From contig JAHFRV010000003.1 of the NCBI GenBank assembly GCA_023266095.1, positions 29,444 to 93,443 on the forward strand: a DNA stretch of 64,000 nucleotides, in the 5' to 3' direction. The position numbers and the translations under genes are program-made. Source of the DNA: Gammaproteobacteria bacterium. Lineage in GTDB: Bacteria; Pseudomonadota; Gammaproteobacteria; DRLM01. The first letter of the stretch is position 1, and every line of letters starts with the position of its first letter. The notes under the pieces are model-generated. The model was not told where the DNA came from. It ran no database searches and saw only the letters and a list, made by a program, of their open reading frames with translations. Below, piece by piece: positions 61,566 to 64,000 of this stretch.

Positions 61566-61781
61566 ACCGCCGAGGATGCCAAGAAAACCTCTCTTAAAAT
61601 CAGGTCAAGCATGCCCTTGGCGTCTTGGTGGTTATGAAGGGTGCAGGCCTGCCCGCCGGGGCGTCGGTGCGGCGCGTAACAGTAAAGTCGGCTGGCTTGC
61701 CTCCTCCCGCCGATGGGATCATGATGAATTTTCATACCACTGCCCTGTGCATAGCTGAGCAGTTCAGCGAAAGGAGCCGCG

Positions 61782-62450
61782 ATGGACGCAAGCAAAAATA
61801 TACTCATGGTAAGCACCAGTTATGGCCGTATCGACGAGGCCCATCCCACCGGTTTGTGGTTCGAGGAATTCGCCATACCTTATGAGAAATTCACCGCCGA
61901 GGGTTATGTGGTGACGGTGGCCAGTATCAAGGGCGGTAAGGTGCCGGTGGACCCGCGCAGCGAACCCGCCGACCAACAGTCCTTGGAGGTTCGCGGGCCG
62001 CGCGAGGCGCTCAAACATACCCAGCGCTTGCTGGAGGTGGATGTCAGCGAATACGACGCGGTGTTTTTCCCCGGCGGCCACGGCACCATGTTCGATTTTC
62101 CGCACAGTCACGAAGTGGCGGCCCTGGTCAGCCACTTTCTCGGCGACGGCAAGGTGGTCGCCGCCGTCTGCCACGGTTCCGCCGCCCTGGTGGAGGCCAA
62201 AGATCGCCACGGCGCGCCGGTGGTGCGAGGCCGTAAGCTGACGGCTTTTACCGACGCCGAAGAGCGGGAAGTGCAACTGGATACTCTTATGCCGTTTCTG
62301 CTGGAAACCCGTTTAAGGGAACTGGGTGCTCTGGTGCAGACCGCGCCCAACTGGCGGGAGCACGTGGTAGTGGACGGCACGTTGGTGACGGGGCAGAACC
62401 CGCAATCCAGCGCCGCCACGGCCGATGCGGTGCTGCGTTTATTGGCGTGA
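61782..62450 (+). CDS. DJ-1/PfpI family (class I glutamine amidotransferase-like) protein
   Basis: 222 aa. Nucleophile-elbow AAVCHGSAAL. Confidence 0.7.
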   Translation: MDASKNILMVSTSYGRIDEAHPTGLWFEEFAIPYEKFTAEGYVVTVASIKGGKVPVDPRSEPADQQSLEVRGPREALKHTQRLLEVDVSEYDAVFFPGGHGTMFDFPHSHEVAALVSHFLGDGKVVAAVCHGSAALVEAKDRHGAPVVRGRKLTAFTDAEEREVQLDTLMPFLLETRLRELGALVQTAPNWREHVVVDGTLVTGQNPQSSAATADAVLRLLA

Positions 62451-62523
62451 AAAGCACGCGCGACGACGGATGGGCTCCGCACTGATACGGCGGTTATCAC
62501 CCGGCCGGTGAGGCAATCGCAAC

Positions 62524-62590
62524 AGGGGAGGAATCCTGATGGTGAAAAAGGTGAGCAAGTTCGAAGAGCAATGGCGCGGTGAACTCGACG
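62524..62590 (+). repeat. direct repeat copy 1: duplicated msrB 5' end (RBS plus first ~17 codons)
   Basis: About 88% identical to 63682..63747. Encodes the remnant ORF MVKKVSKFEEQWRGELD... (62539..62616). Confidence 0.7.
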
Positions 62591-62717
62591 TCCCGAGAAA
62601 TACTGACATTGAATAACAGGCCGTTCATCGGCTTGAAGGCCAAGTTCCAATTTTGAGATAGGTTGTAGTCATATACGACACGCTTTCATACATAAAGGAC
62701 GAATTACGAATAGACTC

Positions 62718-63104
62718 ATGGCCGCCATAAATAAACCTCTTCGCAATTCAATGCTTCTGTTCCTAGCCGCGGCCTCGTTGGTTTCTTCGCTGTCTGTAGC
62801 CGATGCGGGTGGGAGCGTCGGCATTCCTATTGATCGCGCCGTGGTGACAGACGGGATAACAGCCAACAGAGTTAATATGACAGCCCAGGTTTTTTTAAAT
62901 CCTTCACGAGTGACTCTGACGATGAACGAGGACGTGCCCAACTATATCTTCTGGGTGTCATGGATGCGACCGAAGGAAAGTCCTGGTGCGACTATCGAAC
63001 TTTCAAAACCATTACATTGCATGAAACCATTTTTGAAGGATTCAAAAAACTGGATAACCGTCGTCTCAATGAGCGCGCATCCAGGGTTATCGAAGGTATT
63101 TTGA
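62718..63104 (+). CDS. secreted hypothetical protein (low-GC islet)
   Basis: 128 aa with a signal peptide. Lower GC than its flanks. Confidence 0.5.
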   Translation: MAAINKPLRNSMLLFLAAASLVSSLSVADAGGSVGIPIDRAVVTDGITANRVNMTAQVFLNPSRVTLTMNEDVPNYIFWVSWMRPKESPGATIELSKPLHCMKPFLKDSKNWITVVSMSAHPGLSKVF

Positions 63105-63117
63105 GTGATGATCTCCC

Positions 63118-63622
63118 TTGCCGGAGAGTAAAATGAAAATAAATTACGCTATGTTAAAGAACAGGCACTACTCATCCAGTCGAACGAGGCCGGGTTCTAT
63201 GTCCGCCAAGGATGTATACAAGGAGATTGGATACGGTTTTGATGATTTGATAAAACAAAATCCTGCATATAGGAATACATGCGCGGTCAGGCTGAGCCTC
63301 GCGCTGATTAGATCCGGTGTTCATTTCACGGGTCGATTACCGATCAAAAACGGTCCTTATCGGGGAAGAATGATCGAGTCGGGCGCGAAACTACTGGCCG
63401 ATCAACTGGCCCGCGCTGTTCTGTTTGGGAGACCGGCGGTCTTTGCGTCCCAAGAATGTCATGACCCGGCTGAACGGAAAGCAGGGCGTGTTTTTGTTCT
63501 GGAAAATTACCGACTACGGTGGTGGGCACATTGATCTGATAGAAACGTCGAGCACGGTACATGTTTGTCATTCCGAGTGTTACTTTTCCTCCAAGGAAAT
63601 CTGGTTTTGGTCCTTGCCGTGA
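63118..63622 (+). pseudogene. Tae4-family peptidoglycan amidase toxin (T6SS effector-type), frameshifted
   Basis: Two frames: 63118..~63447 (NTCAVRLSLALIRSG catalytic-Cys region) and ~63449..63622 (GKQGVFLF...GGGHIDLI...HVCHSECYF...LP). Together colinear with Salmonella Tae4 as I remember it. Single-nt frame change near 63448. Confidence 0.65.
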
Positions 63623-63681
63623 AACCGCAACGGAGGATGAGAATGACGCGGTTTGATATCGAGTAAGTGAGCAAGCGCAGC

Positions 63682-63747
63682 AGAGGAGAATCCTGATGGC
63701 GGAGAAGGTGAGCAAGTCCGAAGAGCAATGGCGCAGTGAACTCGACG
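63682..63747 (+). repeat. direct repeat copy 2 at the authentic msrB start
   Basis: See copy 1. Confidence 0.7.
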
Positions 63748-64000
63748 ACCAACAATTCATGGTCTGCCGCCGCAAGGGCACCGAGGCGCCGTTCAGCGGC
63801 GAATACTGGGATAGTAAAGAATCCGGTGTTTATCATTGCGTGTGTTGCGGCGCCGCCTTGTTCGACTCGGAGACTAAATTCGATTCCGGCACCGGTTGGC
63901 CCAGTTTTTATCAGCCGGTGGACGGCCATATCGTCACTCAGCGCGACGCCAGCCACGGCATGACCCGCACCGAGGTGATGTGCAAGGCCTGCGGCGCTCA
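63696..64000 (+). CDS. msrB: peptide-methionine (R)-S-oxide reductase (partial, continues past window)
   Basis: [17 protein letters not shown]...[24 protein letters not shown], a SelR/MsrB signature with CxxC pairs. Confidence 0.85.
   Translation, partial: MAEKVSKSEEQWRSELDDQQFMVCRRKGTEAPFSGEYWDSKESGVYHCVCCGAALFDSETKFDSGTGWPSFYQPVDGHIVTQRDASHGMTRTEVMCKACGA

Overview
This is a high-GC (~65%) gammaproteobacterium-like chromosomal window with three parts. (1) 1-19.5 kb is host backbone: purT, a CinA-like protein, an LPS inner-core/lipid A cluster (GT9 heptosyltransferase, lpxL-family acyltransferase, hldE, hldD, gmhA, waaA), a tolC-rhodanese-pcm operon, a TPP riboswitch plus thiC, a DUF2845 tandem-domain protein, and a large membrane PAS-GGDEF-EAL sensor. 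(2) About 19.5-57.9 kb is a ~38 kb Mu-like transposable prophage with a siphovirus-type tail. It has a DDE transposase A, a B-like AAA+ ATPase, Ner-like and XRE regulators, GemA and Mor. Its head genes are Mu-type (DUF3486 gp27-like, TerL, portal, F, a protease-scaffold-capsid fusion). Its tail is lambda/GTA-like, with a G/GT chaperone pair and a slippery heptamer, a tape measure protein (TMP), a J-like protein and a tail fiber. It also carries a lysis cassette, sits between the GGDEF-EAL gene and metA, and has its late genes divergent from its early genes. Inside it are a decayed DNA methyltransferase (internal deletion plus a C7 homopolymer frameshift) and an unexplained, tightly coupled 8-gene block of beta-rich/repeat proteins between the terminase and portal genes. 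The early accessory region holds a YfbR-like HD nucleotidase, two tiny paralogous membrane proteins and a secreted protein. (3) 57.9-64 kb is host: metA, a P-loop protein, a PA2779/PA2778-family pair and a DJ-1/PfpI protein. A ~1.1 kb low-GC islet there carries a secreted protein and a frameshifted Tae4-family amidase toxin gene. It is inserted at the 5' end of msrB and flanked by ~66-bp imperfect direct repeats derived from the msrB start. No rRNA, tRNA, CRISPR or tyrosine/serine integrase was seen. All calls rest on reading the translated ORFs and the DNA by eye; family names are recollection-based and need HMM/BLAST confirmation.
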